Positions 41,780 to 59,637 of a DNA stretch of 64,000 bases are shown in pieces. The notes below the pieces were generated by a model. The model ran no database searches, was not told the origin of the DNA, and saw only the letters and a program-made list of their open reading frames with translations. Source of the DNA: the human T2T-CHM13v2.0 reference genome, Homo sapiens. The stretch lies in the NCBI RefSeq assembly GCF_009914755.1, contig NC_060945.1; one strand, given 5' to 3'. Numbering within the stretch: position 1 is the first letter of the stretch; each line of letters starts with the position of its first letter. A program made the translations under genes and the position numbers.

Positions 41780-42685
41780 AGGATTACATCAAATTCAAAA
41801 TTTCTTTGAATCAAAAGACAAAATCACCACAGAAAAGGCAACCTAAATTAAGGAAAATAAAATTTGCAAATCATAGATCTGATGAAAGGTTAATATCTAG
41901 AATATATAAAGAACACTTATAATTTAATAACAACTAAAATAAATAACTTGATTAAAAAATGAGCTAAGAACTTGAATAGATATACCTTCAAAGAAGGTAT
42001 ACAACTGGCTAACAAACAGATGAGAAATGCTCAACATCACTGATCATTAAAGAAATCCAAAACAAGTTGACAATGGTACACCATCTTACACCTGTTAGAT
42101 GGCTTTTTTCAAAACACATAGAAACAGAAAGTAGAATAGTGGTTGCCAGGATTTGGGAGGATTGGGAAATGTATTGTTGTTGCTGACTCAGTATAGAGGT
42201 CAGTTTTGCAAGATGAAAATAATTCTGGAAGTGTTATATAACATTGTTAATACGCTTAACAATACTGAACTATGCACTTCAAAATGGTTAAGGTAGAAAA
42301 GTAAAGTAAAACATAGTTACTTTAAAATAATAGTAAATGGGAATTTGGACAGAAATAGTGAAGTAGCTGCCAAATTTCTTTTTCTGTAAAAATAAGAACA
42401 CTGTCAAAATTATCAAAATTAATATTTTTAGAACTTTGAAATATAGGTAACAGTTTGTAACAATGTGTTGCAATTTAGTGCCGCAATCCCTAAACAGCTG
42501 AATTGGGAGATCTGTGGCTTTTTAATTTGCCCTTTCCCAGATACCTCTACCCACCTCTGCACTAACCATAAAAACTGAAAAATCACAGCCCCACAATCAC
42601 AGTGAAAACCAACAGCTTAGCAATCGCTGGGTGAGGAGAAAATGGTACTGGCGATCCCTCAAAGCAACATTCTCAGAGAATTGTA

Positions 42686-43040
42686 CAGATGCCCCTTAGA
42701 CTGAGGTTATTCCTTGATAAGCCTATTGTAAGACAAAAGCATTCTAAGTCAAAAATGCATTTAATACACATAACCTACATCATATCTTACCCTAGCCTAA
42801 CTTAAACGTGCTCAGAACACTTACATTAGCCTACAGTTGGGCAAAAGCATCTAACAGAAAACCTATTTTATAAAATGTTAAATATTTCATGTAACTTATT
42901 GAATATAGTACCAAAGATGAAAAACATAATGTGTTTATGGTTTCTTGAAGAAGGATTTCTACTGAATGAATATCTCTTTTGCATCATGATAAAGTCGAAA
43001 AATAGTAAGCTGAATCACTGTGAAAGTTAGAGACTGTTTG
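42686..43040. mobile_element. MER47A TcMar-Tigger MITE
   Basis: cagatgc... start, aaacgtgctcagaacacttacattagcctacagttgggcaaaa, TA flanks. Confidence 0.85.
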
Positions 43041-45466
43041 TAATTTTTTGACTACTCTGGCAACCCTCAATGCAAGGCTTGTCTTTATTTGACCTGGCTC
43101 AACTATTTTCCCAGTGTGAACAACCTATTCTGAAGAGTGTTGGTTAGAAACAATCAGTGCAATCATTGAACACTGTGGCTGCCTGAGACTGCAAAAACAG
43201 AGGGAAAATAAGAATTTGACTAAAAATACTTAAATGAAATGTCTGTAAGGGGTCTATAAAAAATGTTTGACACATTCCTGGGAATGCAGTAGGCAACAAG
43301 CTCATGTGCATCCCAAGGCTATGCACAGACCTAAGAGGGGACCTGAGAAGGCCCCAGGTTTTCACCTCTGACGGAGTTAGAGGCTCTGTACAAACAGGTA
43401 TGGGAAGCTGCCTTCTTGAGCATGGAAGGTATTCCTCAACACAGACACTGAATTCAGTAGCAAACACCAGGACACATACCTGTTCTAAGGACTTAAGGAA
43501 ATCTTGACGACAAGTTGGTTTACTATTAATTTAACTGACAAAGACTTCAGTGGCCCCTTATGACAAATAATACAGATTTTATATAATCATTTTAGAAAAA
43601 AGTCACGAAACAACAGTAATAATAACAACAACAAGAAACCACAAAATCTTTAAAGAAGGTAGAATGTGATTTATATACTTAGTGCATTGCAATATTTAAA
43701 ATGCCAAGCTTTCCACAATAACAGCAACGAAAAACACATGGAAATAATAAAGAATGGCACACGCATTAGGAGAAATAAAACTATAGTCTCTAGAGAAGCT
43801 TCCTGGGGAAGCTCATTTATTAGACTGGGCTTTTATATCAAGTTATGAAATATATTCAAAGGACTAATGAAAAGAATGTTTAACAAACTAAATAAAAGTA
43901 TGAGAACAATGTAACAAATAGCAATAGAGAGAGAGAGAGAGAATTTCTTGAAATAGAATCTGAAGTTGACAAAACAAATGTAAAGTGTAGAATGGTTCAA
44001 TAGCTGATTTCTGTTCCAGAAACAATTAGTGAATTTGAAAATGGATCAACCAAGATTATTTATTCTGAAAAACAGAAATAAGAATGAGAGCCTGAGAAAC
44101 CTGTGTGGCATCATCAAATGTACCAGCATATGGACAATGTGAGTACCAAATAAAAACAGAAAGAAAGAGGCAACAACATATGAAAGAATCTGTTGCTAAG
44201 AGACCAAACCTATGAGAAATACTGAAGGAAATCCTTCAGGTTGAAACGAAACATGGCTAGACTTTAGCTTAAATCCATACAACAAATGAAGTACACTGAT
44301 AAAGGTAGGTACACAGGCATTTAAAAAAAACACAATGTATTTTTGTTTGTGACTCTTTTCTTCTTCTGTCTGATTTAAAACACAATTGCATAAATCAACA
44401 ACAAAATTATGTTGACAGTGTTATAAGGTATAAATATGACATTTGGATGCAAATATAGCACAAAGAATAGGATAAAAAGGAGCTATATTAGAATAACTTT
44501 TTGTGTACTATTGAAATTAAGTAGGTATTAATCTGAGCTAGACTGTTTTAACATTAAGATGCTAATTGTAATTCCCTGGACAAGCAATAAGAAATATTTC
44601 AAAATATACATATCAGTTGAATATCAAGGGAATTAAAATAGTCCACTTGAAAATATGTACTAAACACAAAACAAGTCAATCATGGATGAATGAGGCAAAA
44701 ATGGTACATGAAATTCATAACCAAAAAAATAAGTCATATAGACATATAATAAATAAATAGCAAGATATCAGGCATAATTACATTAAATGCAAAGGGAGTA
44801 AAGACTTTAAAGTTGTAGATCAGCAGAATGTACTTTGGAAGAATGGCCAACTTTATGTTGTCTACAAAAGGCACACTGTATGGAAAGTACAAAGAGGTTG
44901 GAAAAAAAGATGGGAAATACACGGCATTCAATTAGTAACCAATGAAAGTTGAAGTGGATATATTAATATCAGATAACATAAATTTTAATACCAAAAAAAG
45001 GTACTAGAGAAAAAAATAGTTGTTTTATTGCAATAAAAGTGTAGGTCTTTCAGGAAGGCAGAACACTTATATATGAACTTAAAAATAGAACACCAAAAGA
45101 CATGATGACAAAAACCAAAAATTGAAATAAAAAGTAGACAAACAGTAATTATTGCAGACTGACAAACCCTTTCAATAATGGATATCACAACTAGGCATAA
45201 GATCAAATAATAATAGAAAATTTGAACAACCATTCCTAATAAACATCTACAGAACACTCCACCCAATGACATCAGAAAATGCATTCTTCTAAATTATATC
45301 TGGAATATTCTGCAGAAAGAACATATGTTAGGTGATGAAATAAGCTTCAATAAATAAGACTTCATCAAAATTGAATCTTTTTCCTTCAAAATAAAACACA
45401 ATCAAGAATGTGAAAAAATATCTGGATAATGGGTGAAAGCATCTACAAATCATGTATCTGATAAGA

Positions 45467-45801
45467 CAGAGGTCCCCAGCCCCAGAGCCATGGACCGGTG
45501 CTGGTCCATGACCTGTTAGGAAATGGGCTGTACAGCAGGAGGTGAGTAGCAGGTGAGCATTACTATCTGAGCTCCGCCTCCTGTCAGATCAGCAGTGGCC
45601 TTAGATTCTCATAGGACTACGAACTCTATTGTGAACGGCACATGTGAGGGACTAGGTTGCCTGTTCCTTAAGATAATCTAACTAATGCCTGACAATCTGA
45701 GGTGGAATAGTTTCTTCTGGAAACCATCCCCCTCCCCAATCCATGGAAAAATTGTCTTTCACTTAGCTGGTCCCTGGTGCCAAAATGTTTGGGCCCCACT
45801 G
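45467..45801. mobile_element. MER1B hAT-Charlie MITE
   Basis: cagaggtcccc...ccactg termini; 8-bp TSD TGATAAGA/TGATAAGG. Confidence 0.92.
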
Positions 45802-45924
45802 TGATAAGGAACTTGTATTCAGAATATATAAAGAACACAAAATTCAACTGTAAAAATACAAATAATATGATTAGAAGCATGAGCAAAATATTTGAATAGA
45901 CATCTATTAAACAGAAAGAATGAT

Positions 45925-46276
45925 TCTTTAGCCATCTCTCTCTGGTTCTTAAAAAATATGCTTCTACATCTCAGAGCCAGCAATGTTGTATCAAATTCTT
46001 TTCTCAACCAGAATGGCCTGAGTTCACTATCTGTGACATTTCTCTTATTCTCTTTCATTGCATTTCTCTGACCTTAGCCAGGGGGACTTCTCTATTTTTA
46101 AGAGCCCATGCTATTATATCGGACCCATATATATAATTCAAAATAATATTTTTGTCGTAATGTCTATAACCTTAATTGCATCTGCAAAGCCCCCTTTGCC
46201 ATGTACCATAAAATATTTTCAAATTAAAAGGATTAGGCCACAGACATCTCTGGAGGGGTGGCATGCTGTCTACTAC
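45925..46276 (-). mobile_element. MLT1D/E-type LTR (5' part)
   Basis: ccttaattgcatctgcaaagccccctttgccatgta...ggattagg...ctactaca. Confidence 0.75.
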
Positions 46277-46288
46277 ATATACCTCATT

Positions 46289-46291
<3 letters not shown>

Positions 46292-46340
<49 letters not shown>
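46292..46340. repeat. (CA)n microsatellite
   Basis: About 24 units. Confidence 0.95.
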
Positions 46341-46342
<2 letters not shown>

Positions 46343-46499
46343 TAAATACATACTGTGGGTTCTAAGAAGTCATCCAAAGAGCAAATCTTCCACTCCATCT
46401 TCTATTGAGATAATATTGTTCCATTTGAAAAAAAAAAAAAGATCTGTCTCCTGTCTAGGGGCAGCAGTTAATACTCCATTGTCCTATGCACGATAGTTT

Positions 46500-47170
46500 C
46501 TGTGGGGTCTGTTGGCAAGCTGAGAACTTCCACCCAGCCGTAAGGAAGATTAATAAAGCTGTGCAACTTTGTGCTAGTGAGTATTCTGAATTATACCTTC
46601 TCCAACTATTGTCAGCAGGCCTAAGAGGGAGCTGAGTCATCTAGCATCAGGGAGATTGAACAAGGCATCGAGAGTTCAAGCTAATCAGTATTCTACTCTC
46701 CACACACCTAGCGTCACTGGGGCCCAGAGATTACCTGAACTTCAGCTCCCACAGGGTAACAATGATAGTGAATGAGGCAGTGTGCATCAGGGCTACTGGG
46801 CACTTTGGTACCTTCCCCAAAAGCATGATGAGCAAGTCTTGGTGTGGAGCTGAGCCTTTATCACCCACTGCTATGAAGGAGGCAGAATAAGGTGGTGCAG
46901 GTCAGGCCCACTTGGCACTCTGCCTCACCTCTCCCCTTGTCAGCTCCATGAGGAGCCAAGCTTACGTCTCCGCCACATTTAAATAAGATGGTATATGTCA
47001 GCCATCTGACTACATTTTGCCTAATGTTTGTGGGGTAGTGGTAAAGTAAGCATGCACACTCACTCAGAGCCAACAAGGTGGTATGAGTCAGTGCTGTGCT
47101 TTTTCCAGAACAGTATTGGTGGAGCTCAGCGGTAAGTTCAACATAAATACCTACGCAGCTGTGATGCCAC
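46500..47170 (+). repeat. Degenerate ~90-115-bp tandem array (probable ancient L1 5' UTR monomers)
   Basis: Recurring motif ~AAYAAGGYRGTRYG.GTCAG at 46556, 46662, 46774, 46889, 46985 and 47075. Confidence 0.5.
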
Positions 47171-47319
47171 ACCTCAACTGGTGTACTGCAAACTTAAAAA
47201 CATAAAGTACAATCCACAATGTGATGTATATATTTGTTATGTAACATAATCGTAAATACTCACTAAAGGAAATTCTCAAAATAGAAAGATTAATTGGAAA
47301 AAGGCTTGAACCATAGCAA

Positions 47320-50140
<2,821 letters not shown>

Positions 50141-51944
50141 TAAATGTGGCAAAAATCTGTTTAGAATGGTTACCAACAGCTTTTGCAGAAGTATAGCCCT
50201 TGAGCATCCTGACCAAAAACTCACACATTGTCCTTAAGCCTGAGAGCCCAGAATTTGTCAGGGCCAGATAAAACAGTGTTGTTCACATTTGGCTTGAGGA
50301 ATATGGGAAACTGAATCCTTCATAGGCAAAATAATAGAAAAGGCAGAAGGGAGCTTTGGCGAGTAAAGGCAACCAGGGCTCAGAGTGTTTTTCTTCCTCA
50401 CACTTACCATGAAAGTTAAATAAACAACAAAAGTCTCAACACATTGATCTGCAGAGGTTTACTGCCTACTCCTCAGGCTATCATGAATATAATTTTCTTC
50501 ACATTATAATTTTATGGGATTATTAAATGGTAAATATGGTGGCAACAGGGAAGGAAATAAGCCAAATTTACTATTTAGCAATAGGATTCTTAAGCTCAGC
50601 ATGTAGATTTATAATTAATTGCAAAACAGTTAAAATCATTGCCCTCTCCACTTGTTTTAGCATCATATTTTTTTAATGTTTTATTTTAAGGCATTTCTCA
50701 ATTTAGTACTGTAAGTGAACATCTTGGTTCAGCATTTAGAGTGGAATTATTTTTTTGATGTTTATTAGCAATGTAGAGCAAATAAATTTTATTACATGCA
50801 TGTTCTCAGTGATTAAATAAAATAGAAAATGCAAACTATGTAATTTTATACACGTAATGCATTTTTTCTCAATTTGTGTTTCACTTCAAAAATATAGTAT
50901 TAAAAGAGAGTGGACATAATTAACCAGGTATGGGATATTAATATATGCCTTTAATAGGGATAACAGCTTTCCTAGAGTGGGATGATTACTTTTATAACCC
51001 AATTAAAATTTAAGAGTTAGTGTCCCTTCATTACTTAGATTGCATTTTCTTTTAGAATCCAGAAGTTTCATATATTTTGCTTTAAGGCTTATGCATGTGA
51101 AGTGCACATTTAAAAAATGGAGGCATAGTACTAGTGAATTAATTTCCATGTTATCAGATAAAATTAAACATTGTCTTTTGATTTATTTTAACCCTATAAA
51201 AGTGTATTATATCTCTGCTCATTGTTTGCTTTTTAAAAGGGAGAGGGGAAATAGTTACATGACCAAAGCCATGTCTATGTAAGAACAGATTTATCAGCCA
51301 AACTGGGTGAACTAAAACTGTGTTTGTCAAAATTTCCTTTTTTTACTAAGCAAGATTTTGTAGCTTGGCAGGGAGTCAAGGAACTGTGCCATTTTTTACG
51401 AGTCATAAATATCAAAATTACTCAATTTGTCTTTCTGGATGTGGATTAACCTTTAATTATCAACCAGTTCCATTTTATTTCTGAAGAGTTAATTTAAATA
51501 TTAATGTTTAAAAATACTTATTTTGGCTCATTTAACAATTAAACTGCATTGTTTCACAAAAAATTAATAGGAATTAATGACTCAGGCCAAATATGGATAA
51601 AATGTCACTTGGAAGCATGATGTCAAGTAGATGATAGATATTTGTAAAAAATCATTGATCCTAGATTTTAAGAAATATGTAGTTGTATTACTATGTATTA
51701 CATCTCTAATGATAATAATCATAAAATACAAATTTGAAATATCCACCTACACACATGCTAACATATGCCCTAAGCCTACATAGTTGTGAAAGAAATCAAG
51801 ATAATATTCAGTTTGAAATGAGTTTTCTCTAAATAAGTGGAAAACACTCAAATATTTTAACACATTTAAACTTTTAAAAGGTTCTCTTTTAAATATCTTT
51901 ACATACAGTAGCCTGATAAAAATGAGATCTTAATTTTTTAAGAT

Positions 51945-52401
51945 GTAGGGGGATGTATTAGAAAAAATGATTGCAGTTCTTCATTTCTCCCTCTCTTGTT
52001 GCCACTTGCAAGGCTGCTTTAAGCTCTTCCCATCAGGAGTTGTATCTATTTCACCATTTCTTTAGTGTAGGTTGTCCTTTGAATTTGGTTTGGTCAATGG
52101 AATGCAGAATTTTTCCAAAGTTGCTCATAACTCTGCCCCTATATGCAAACACACCTCCCCAGACTGCTGGTAGATGAGAGAGCATACAGGGAACTAACAG
52201 GCCAAGTTTAAAATACGGTCTCTCGCTGTCCCATAGCTAATATCAGCTACATGTGGATGAATTCTACTGAGATCTGAAGATCTAGCCAGCTGTTCCCCAC
52301 CTTGATTGCTGATTGGCATGTTCAGGAACTTAAAAAAAAAGTGTTTTGTTTTAAGCAACTAAATTTGGAGTGGACTATTTCACAGAATCAGCTAACTGAT
52401 A
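51945..52401 (+). mobile_element. MLT1H-type LTR
   Basis: cttcccatcaggagt...ttggtcaatggaatgcag...ttttaagcaactaaatttggagtgg...gctaactgata. Confidence 0.7.
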
Positions 52402-54706
52402 AAATTCTCTGCAAGAAATTTTAAAGTTTACATTTTGACATGTTACTTTCAATATTACCTTAAAATAACATAAACATTCTGAAACATCATGTGAAGCACA
52501 TCAGACTGAATATTTCAAAAAAATACTACAATATAAATTGTTGATAAGCTTGCAAATTGTTTTAGAAAATGTAAACTTTTTGACTAAAAACACAAACTAG
52601 TTTGAATTCATTCTTTAGATATATAAGCTTTCTGCGTTCATTCTTTTTATCTCTACTGCATCATATTTTATTTCTTAATATTTCAGGATTTAAAATAATA
52701 TCATCAATTATGTTCTTACATTTTTAAAATTTATTTTGGAAACCATGATTTAATGACCAAGTTTTTGTTGTTATTGTTGTGCTTCTCTGTTTCTATTTTG
52801 TACACACACAATCCACATGACTCTCTGTCATGACACTATAAGCCTCCTCCCTAATTTGGTTCCTCTAAATATAACTTTTCTTTTTTGATAATCGTTTTAT
52901 TTATACTACAAGGTTTTCTTATCTCGCATGTGATGATTATCTATTAAAAAGAATTAATTACTGATGTGAGACATCAAAATAATAATAAATTACTTCATTA
53001 TAAAAAGAGTGATATGTATAAGTAAAATCAGTTCTACATAATAGAGGTATATAATCAACATAACGAGAACCTAGATCCCAATGTGTTTATTAAGTTGTAA
53101 GATTCAAATCCCTGCAATTGGGAATTCACATTTTAGAAGTGACTATAAAATGCTCAACATATATATATATATATATCCTCATCTAAATCTTCACTGGAAG
53201 ATACATTAATTAGCTTTGTAATAATAACAATTTGTTTTGCTTTTGGGATGCCCATCGGGTTTTAATTTTTACATCCACAAACACGGCTTTTCAAAATTTT
53301 CTTTTTAGAATTACTTATTATTCAATGGAACTTTTTTGTTCACCTACACACAGCTGTCTAGGGACTGCCAAGGGCAATAAGCTGAGAATGTGCATTTTTA
53401 TTTGTACTGGCATTACTCTCTAAAATATTGCTGTGAATCACAGGATAAACTCTTCTGTGACATACCAAATTAGCTTTACAGAGAAGACTCACTGGTGGCA
53501 GTATATGAAATAATAGTTCATTTAATAGACTTTTTAAATACATTCAATGTTCACCTAGAGATGTGTATTACTTACTCACAAACATTAGCATCCCCAATAC
53601 AAAATGTCTTCTCAGCAAATACAAAAGATTACACCCAAAATACCAAAACATATGCTTTTTATCATCATGGTTGTTACTTTCTGATTTAGGTTCAGCCTTC
53701 TCTAGAGGCTATTAAAGGAAGCATACATTTTTGCTGACATTTTATCATGGCAATAAAATGAGATGGGAATCTATACTCAAAAGACCACTAAAATCAGTCA
53801 GCATGTTTACTGCAGAAAACAAGTTGCCAAACACTCTCGGATAATTCAGTAAAATATGACCAGATTTATGGATGAGTGTATTTTCGCACAACACTCTGAA
53901 GTTGTAGCATATTTTATAATATATGTCTATGATATCCATGAAAGATACCCTCAGTGAATATATTATTCTTCTAATATGCTTACACTAATGTGTGATAAAT
54001 TATTCCCAGAAGGTCAAGAGAAATTGAATTTATTTTTAAATTTTTACTTATCAAATCACACAAAAACCCACACATATAAAACAATGTACTTGATTACATG
54101 CTTCCTGTTTATAAATCACATGTTTTTATTAGTAAGACTCATTATACCTGTCAATGTTAGTGTGGACTCTCATATGACCACTTTTATAAGTTCCTGGAAA
54201 CAATACTTTTGATCCTATGTAACTAAAACCATCCACAGTAGACAAAAATATCACTTTGAAACACAGATTCATAAAAAAATAGTATATTGTGGACAGAGCT
54301 AAAATAGATATGTAGCAGGAGCACTGTACAAGTTTTAGCCAAGTGTGAACTATAAAATAATACTAATTAAAGTGCTGTTACTGCAATTGATTATAATTTT
54401 TTACAAGTATTCTGAAGAACAGGAGAAAATAAAGGCAATCTGAAAAGGAAAAATAATCTATGTTATCATTAATCGCCGTATTTATACAGTGCATTCCTTA
54501 TAGCAAATGTCTAACACAGCGCTGCACAACCTAATAGGACAATTACCTGTGTCTTCAAGACTCCCTTATTGGCAGTCTACGTAGTCAAATTGAATCATGA
54601 TGTTGTTTATTGAATGCCTACTATAGAAAAACAGTAACCTAGATTAAAGTAGCTCACTTCCTTGTGATGATGGAAATAGACATGATGAGATTAAAAAAAA
54701 AATTGG

Positions 54707-55056
<350 letters not shown>

Positions 55057-55512
55057 TTAGCAAAAAGAAAAAACTCAGCTGTAGTAGCGTGAGTACTGAA
55101 ACAAATCATTTTGTGAATAGTACAGAACATGCTGATAACCAATGCATCATGTCAAAAATGTAGAATTAGGTTCAGATGAAGAGTGGAGATGAAATGATTT
55201 TCAATTGTAATAGGAACATGGATGTATGTCTCAAGGTCCTATGTCTTACCTTGTACTCAAATCCTTACTTGGTTGGATTATACACACCCCCTTAAACTCT
55301 GTTGTAATCTAATTTGAATTTATTGATAATTATTTCTTTTTCTAATCACACACATGTGCACGTGCACACACACACACACACACACACACGCACATAAACA
55401 GGATCACCAGGGATACTCCTGGAGAAAAACCATGAAGAGGAACAAAGTATGGAAGAGGAAATGTGAATCCTCTACTTTCTTACCTGGAAAGGAGGCAGCC
55501 ACTTTTTTGGAA

Positions 55513-55888
55513 TGATATAATTAGGCTTTGTGTCCCCACCCAAATCTCATCTTGAATTGATTTCCCGTAATCCCCATATGTCAAGGGAGAGACCAGGTGG
55601 AGGTAACTGAATCATGACAGCAGTTTCCCCAGTGCTGTTCTCGTGATAGCAAGTGAGTTCTCAGGAAATCTGGTGGTTTTATAGGGGCTCTTCCCCCTTC
55701 ACTCAGCACTCCTTCTTCCTACCACCTTGTACAGAATGTGCCTTGCCTCTCCTTCCTCTTCTACCATGATTGTAAGTTTCCTGAGGTCTTTCCCAGCCAT
55801 ACGGAACGATGAGTCAATTAAACTATTTTCCTTTATAAATTACCCAGTCTTGGGCCATTTTTATAACAGTGTGAAACAGACGTATACA
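55513..55888 (+). mobile_element. THE1D-type solo LTR
   Basis: ggctttgtgtccccacccaaatctcatc, gagagaccaggtggaggta; TSD TGGAA/TGGGA. Confidence 0.88.
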
Positions 55889-56099
55889 TGGGACATCCAT
55901 TCCATCTCTAATTCCTTAACAATAAAATTACATATACTGTACAACTTTCATTCTTTCAGCATTTTAGGGTTATTTACTCTACAGTATGTAAGAAGATAGT
56001 TTGAATATTTTTCTTTAATGATTGAAAGGAATATATTTCACTTAAACTTGTTTTTAGTTCTTATTTTAAAATGTTTTCCTTAGATTTTGTTTTTGTTTG

Positions 56100-58730
56100 C
56101 TAGTTTTTGAGAAGAATCATAGGTTAATTATTTTCAGTCTTTTTTCTTTCCTAACATACATATTAGGGGCATAAATGTCCTCTGAACATGGTTTGAGATA
56201 CATCTCATAGGTGTTTAATATTAAATCTTTAATTATTATTCAGCTCAAACCATTCTCTATTTTAAATTTTTTTTATTATATTTTAATGTAAGTTAAACAC
56301 ACATGTGTGTGTGATTTCAACTTAATTGTACTGTGGTCAGGGAACATACTTTAGAAATTTATTTTAAGACCTAAACTCTTTTTGTTAAATTGCAAATGAT
56401 ATACAAACTTATACAAATATATACTTCACAGATTAGAAGTGCATAAAAATTGTAAGTATCCGAAAAGACTGGTTCCATGTTGACTTCCAGAAGTATCTCC
56501 AACTGAAAGTTAACTATTGACTTCCATCAGCCTGAGTTTTCCTGTAATTGAACTTTAAAGACTGAGAATCTACAATGGCACTCTTTTTTTATGTCTGACT
56601 TCCCATGCTAAAATTTGTATTTATTAGTTTTATCCAAATTGGGGTTCATAGTTTCTTCATTTCATTGCTTTATACTATTTCATTTTATGAATATAGTATA
56701 TCTATAGGCATTTATTTTATTTTCTGGTACTGAATATTACTGACAATACTGCTTTAATATTCTTAAACATTTGTATGGTCCATTTAAGTATACATTGCTG
56801 TTGGGCATATACCCATGAGTGAAATAACTGAACTATAACGTACCCAAATGATGAACATAAATAGACAAACGATTTTCAATTTTGGTCAACTTTAGACTCC
56901 AAACTATATTGCAAGTGTATTCCAGTTTCTCTGCATGTTTGCCTAAACATAATATATTCATTTAATTATTTTGTACAAGTTTAGCCAATTTTATGTTATA
57001 GTATCACAAAGTGGTTTAAACTTGTATTTTCCTGGTGTCCGATAATGTACACCTTTGTGTAAGTTTGATTACTGGATAGCATCTTTTATTAAGAATCTAT
57101 TCAAATATATTGCCCATTTTTTATTGAGTTGTTTAATAATTGTCTTTGTCATATACAGAAATTATTTATATATGACACAATGAAAATATGTTGTTCTACA
57201 CTAAGGGTTGCCTTTTCATTGATACTATGTTGTATTTTAATTAACATAAATTCATCATTTTAATATGGTCAAATTCACAAATCTTTATTTTATATTTGGT
57301 ACTTTCTGCTTTTATCTTAAAACTATGTTGTTATATTATATGGGTATATAAATCTTTAAGCTATTCTGTATATTTATAATTTTATATTTTACATTTAAGT
57401 CTCAAATGCATTTGGAATTGATTTTTTGTATGATTTGAAATATGGATCCACATATTTTCACGTGGATTTCCAATGAACCCAACTTATTGAATCAACACCG
57501 CTTATTGAAAATAAAATACCAATGCAGGTAAACAGCACTTGGTTATAAATCATATAACTATATGAGTCAGTGTTTCTCAAGATACATTATTCTTTTTTAT
57601 TGATATATTTTTCCACATTTATGTTAATATTACATTAAATATTGATTGCTTTAATGTAACTTGGTACATGATATAAAAGCTCTATTTATGTTTTTTCATA
57701 TTGTGTTGCCATTTCTTGCATTTTTGCCTTTTCATATAAACCTCAGAAGCAACTTCTCATTTTTTACACTGATATACATACAACCCATGCTTACACATAA
57801 ACACATATACACTTCTGAGATTTTTCATGGAATTGTTTTTAACTTGTAGATCAATTGACCAAAAACTGATATATTTAAAATGCTAAATATTCCATTTAGG
57901 AACAAGATACGTCTTTCAGTTTACTTAGACTTTCCTTTTTTTTTCTTTTGTAGAGAATGGTACTTAGATTGTCCTTAAATTATCTCGGAATATTTTATTT
58001 TGTTATATATGTCTTCCATGTTTTTCATTAGCATTATTCCTAATATTTTTGATGGGTCTTTTTTTTTTGGTGCTTTTGTTAGCAGTTTCATTGAGGTTTA
58101 AAGTCTATTTTATTGCCTCCGGTACATGGAGGCTTATCATCTTTTACATTGAATTTGTATCTAGAGAACTTGCTAAATTAACTTATTAATCCTCTCATTT
58201 TATCTTTTGATGCTTTTGAATTTTTTCACTGTATATATTATGTGCCAATTACAACAATTATTTCTTCTTCATTTCCAAATCTTATTACTTTTTTGTTTGT
58301 TTACTGAACTGGCTAGAAACATTAACAGAAGTTGAAGAGAAGTAGTGTTTTGATTCTGAACTTGTTTTGCTTCCAATCTTAGCAGAAAACGCCATTCTGA
58401 ACATTTTGGATATGTTGGTTTAATGTTTTTTTTAAATCAAGTTAAGAACATTATTGATTCTCCATTGAGATTATCATATTTCTTCTTTATTACATTGATA
58501 TACTGATATGCATTTATTGCTTTTGAAAGTTAAACCTTTTTAAAATCCTAGCATAAACTCAGTTCATCTTTGATATATTTTTCTGTGTAAGTAAATTTAA
58601 TTGGCTTTTGTTTGACTTAGCATATGTTTTTATATATATTATTGAGAGATGACAGCCTATACTATTCTCTTATAGAAAGTCTTTGTCAGAATTTAGACAA
58701 GAATATTCTAAGGCAATAGAATAATTCGAG
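56100..58730 (-). mobile_element. Degenerate L1ME-type LINE fragments, antisense
   Basis: T-rich antisense L1 phrases (catttggaattgattttttgtat, gaatttgtatctagagaacttgctaaat). Confidence 0.65.
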
Positions 58731-58759
58731 ATGTGATTTCATGACAGATTCTCTAGCAC

Positions 58760-59570
58760 TGGAACCCATATATTTCAGGGAATCAGGAATTCTCTAAGAA
58801 TAAGGGCTGAAGAACAAATGGAAGCAAGTATGTCATCACAACTGAAGGCTATATCCAGGCTGTTGTCACAAGGAAGCTCTGGAGTGCATACTGTACCACA
58901 GAGGAAAGAATTCTAGCAATTTCATGGAGAAGAGGGCAGCTGCAAATTTCATTAGCCAGGAATCACTGAAGTTGGTGAATGTCTATGCCAGTTGCTAGAG
59001 GAAACTCTGATGAGTTATTGCACCCAACACAGTCCGCACTTAAACCACAAAGATTCAATTGTTTCTCCCATTTGTTATACTCCATCTAGGCTCTGCCTTA
59101 CCAAGATTCCATTTTATTACAATTTTCAGAAAAATTACAAAGGATGGCTTAATGGGACAAACCTTAATTCCTGTTGCTTCACTTGGTCCTGAATTCATAA
59201 CTGATCATCACAATCTCCACTTTCCATTCTCCATACTTTAGTTTCCCCCCTTTCAGCTAAGCTTTATGCTGATCAAAAGTGGCTTGTCATATTGTTTGAC
59301 TCAGGACATCATATCTGAAATCCTACTTGCCATATTCTCATCAGACCTTATTTGTTGTACTTGCTCATTTGCAGATGGGAATGGGCATGGGAATACCAAA
59401 AGTTGTTCTGAAGTGTTGCAATATATTTCTCTTTCTATTATATAACAAATGACCTAACTACATGTAGTGATTAGGGCCAGTTATCTTTGCCAATATGCTA
59501 ACTCCTCAGTTCTTGCTTGTTTGGTGGCATGAATCACCCGAAGTCATCAGGTAGCAGATACATCTTTAAG
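58760..59570 (-). mobile_element. ERVL LTR (LTR33/LTR16-like) plus adjacent internal 3'/dUTPase-region remnant
   Basis: ggagtgcatactgtaccacaga (LTR33-like); the reverse complement of 59440-59560 resembles the ERVL dUTPase region. Confidence 0.5.
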
Positions 59571-59637
59571 TTTTTTCATGTATAATTTCTGATCTTGCTA
59601 TTCATTGTTTTGGACATGGATGTATTTAAATATGATA

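Larger units (their letters stand above)
38520..42330 (+). mobile_element. Old L1 (L1M4 5' region to L1MB-type 3' UTR), internally deleted, hosting Tigger2a and THE1B
   Basis: ORF1 and ORF2 remnants (e.g. [20 protein letters not shown]) and an L1MB-type 3' UTR gaaacagaaagtagaatagtggttgccagg. Confidence 0.8.
42460..45915 (+). mobile_element. Second old L1M element (5' UTR, ORF1, EN and later ORF2 remnants)
   Basis: L1 phrases (ataattacattaaatgcaaaggga, catctacagaacactccaccc). Hosts MER47A and MER1B. Confidence 0.7.

Noticed and set aside
55355-55368. 14-bp palindrome TGTGCACGTGCACA containing an E-box
   Set aside because: By-product of CA/TG repeat junctions.
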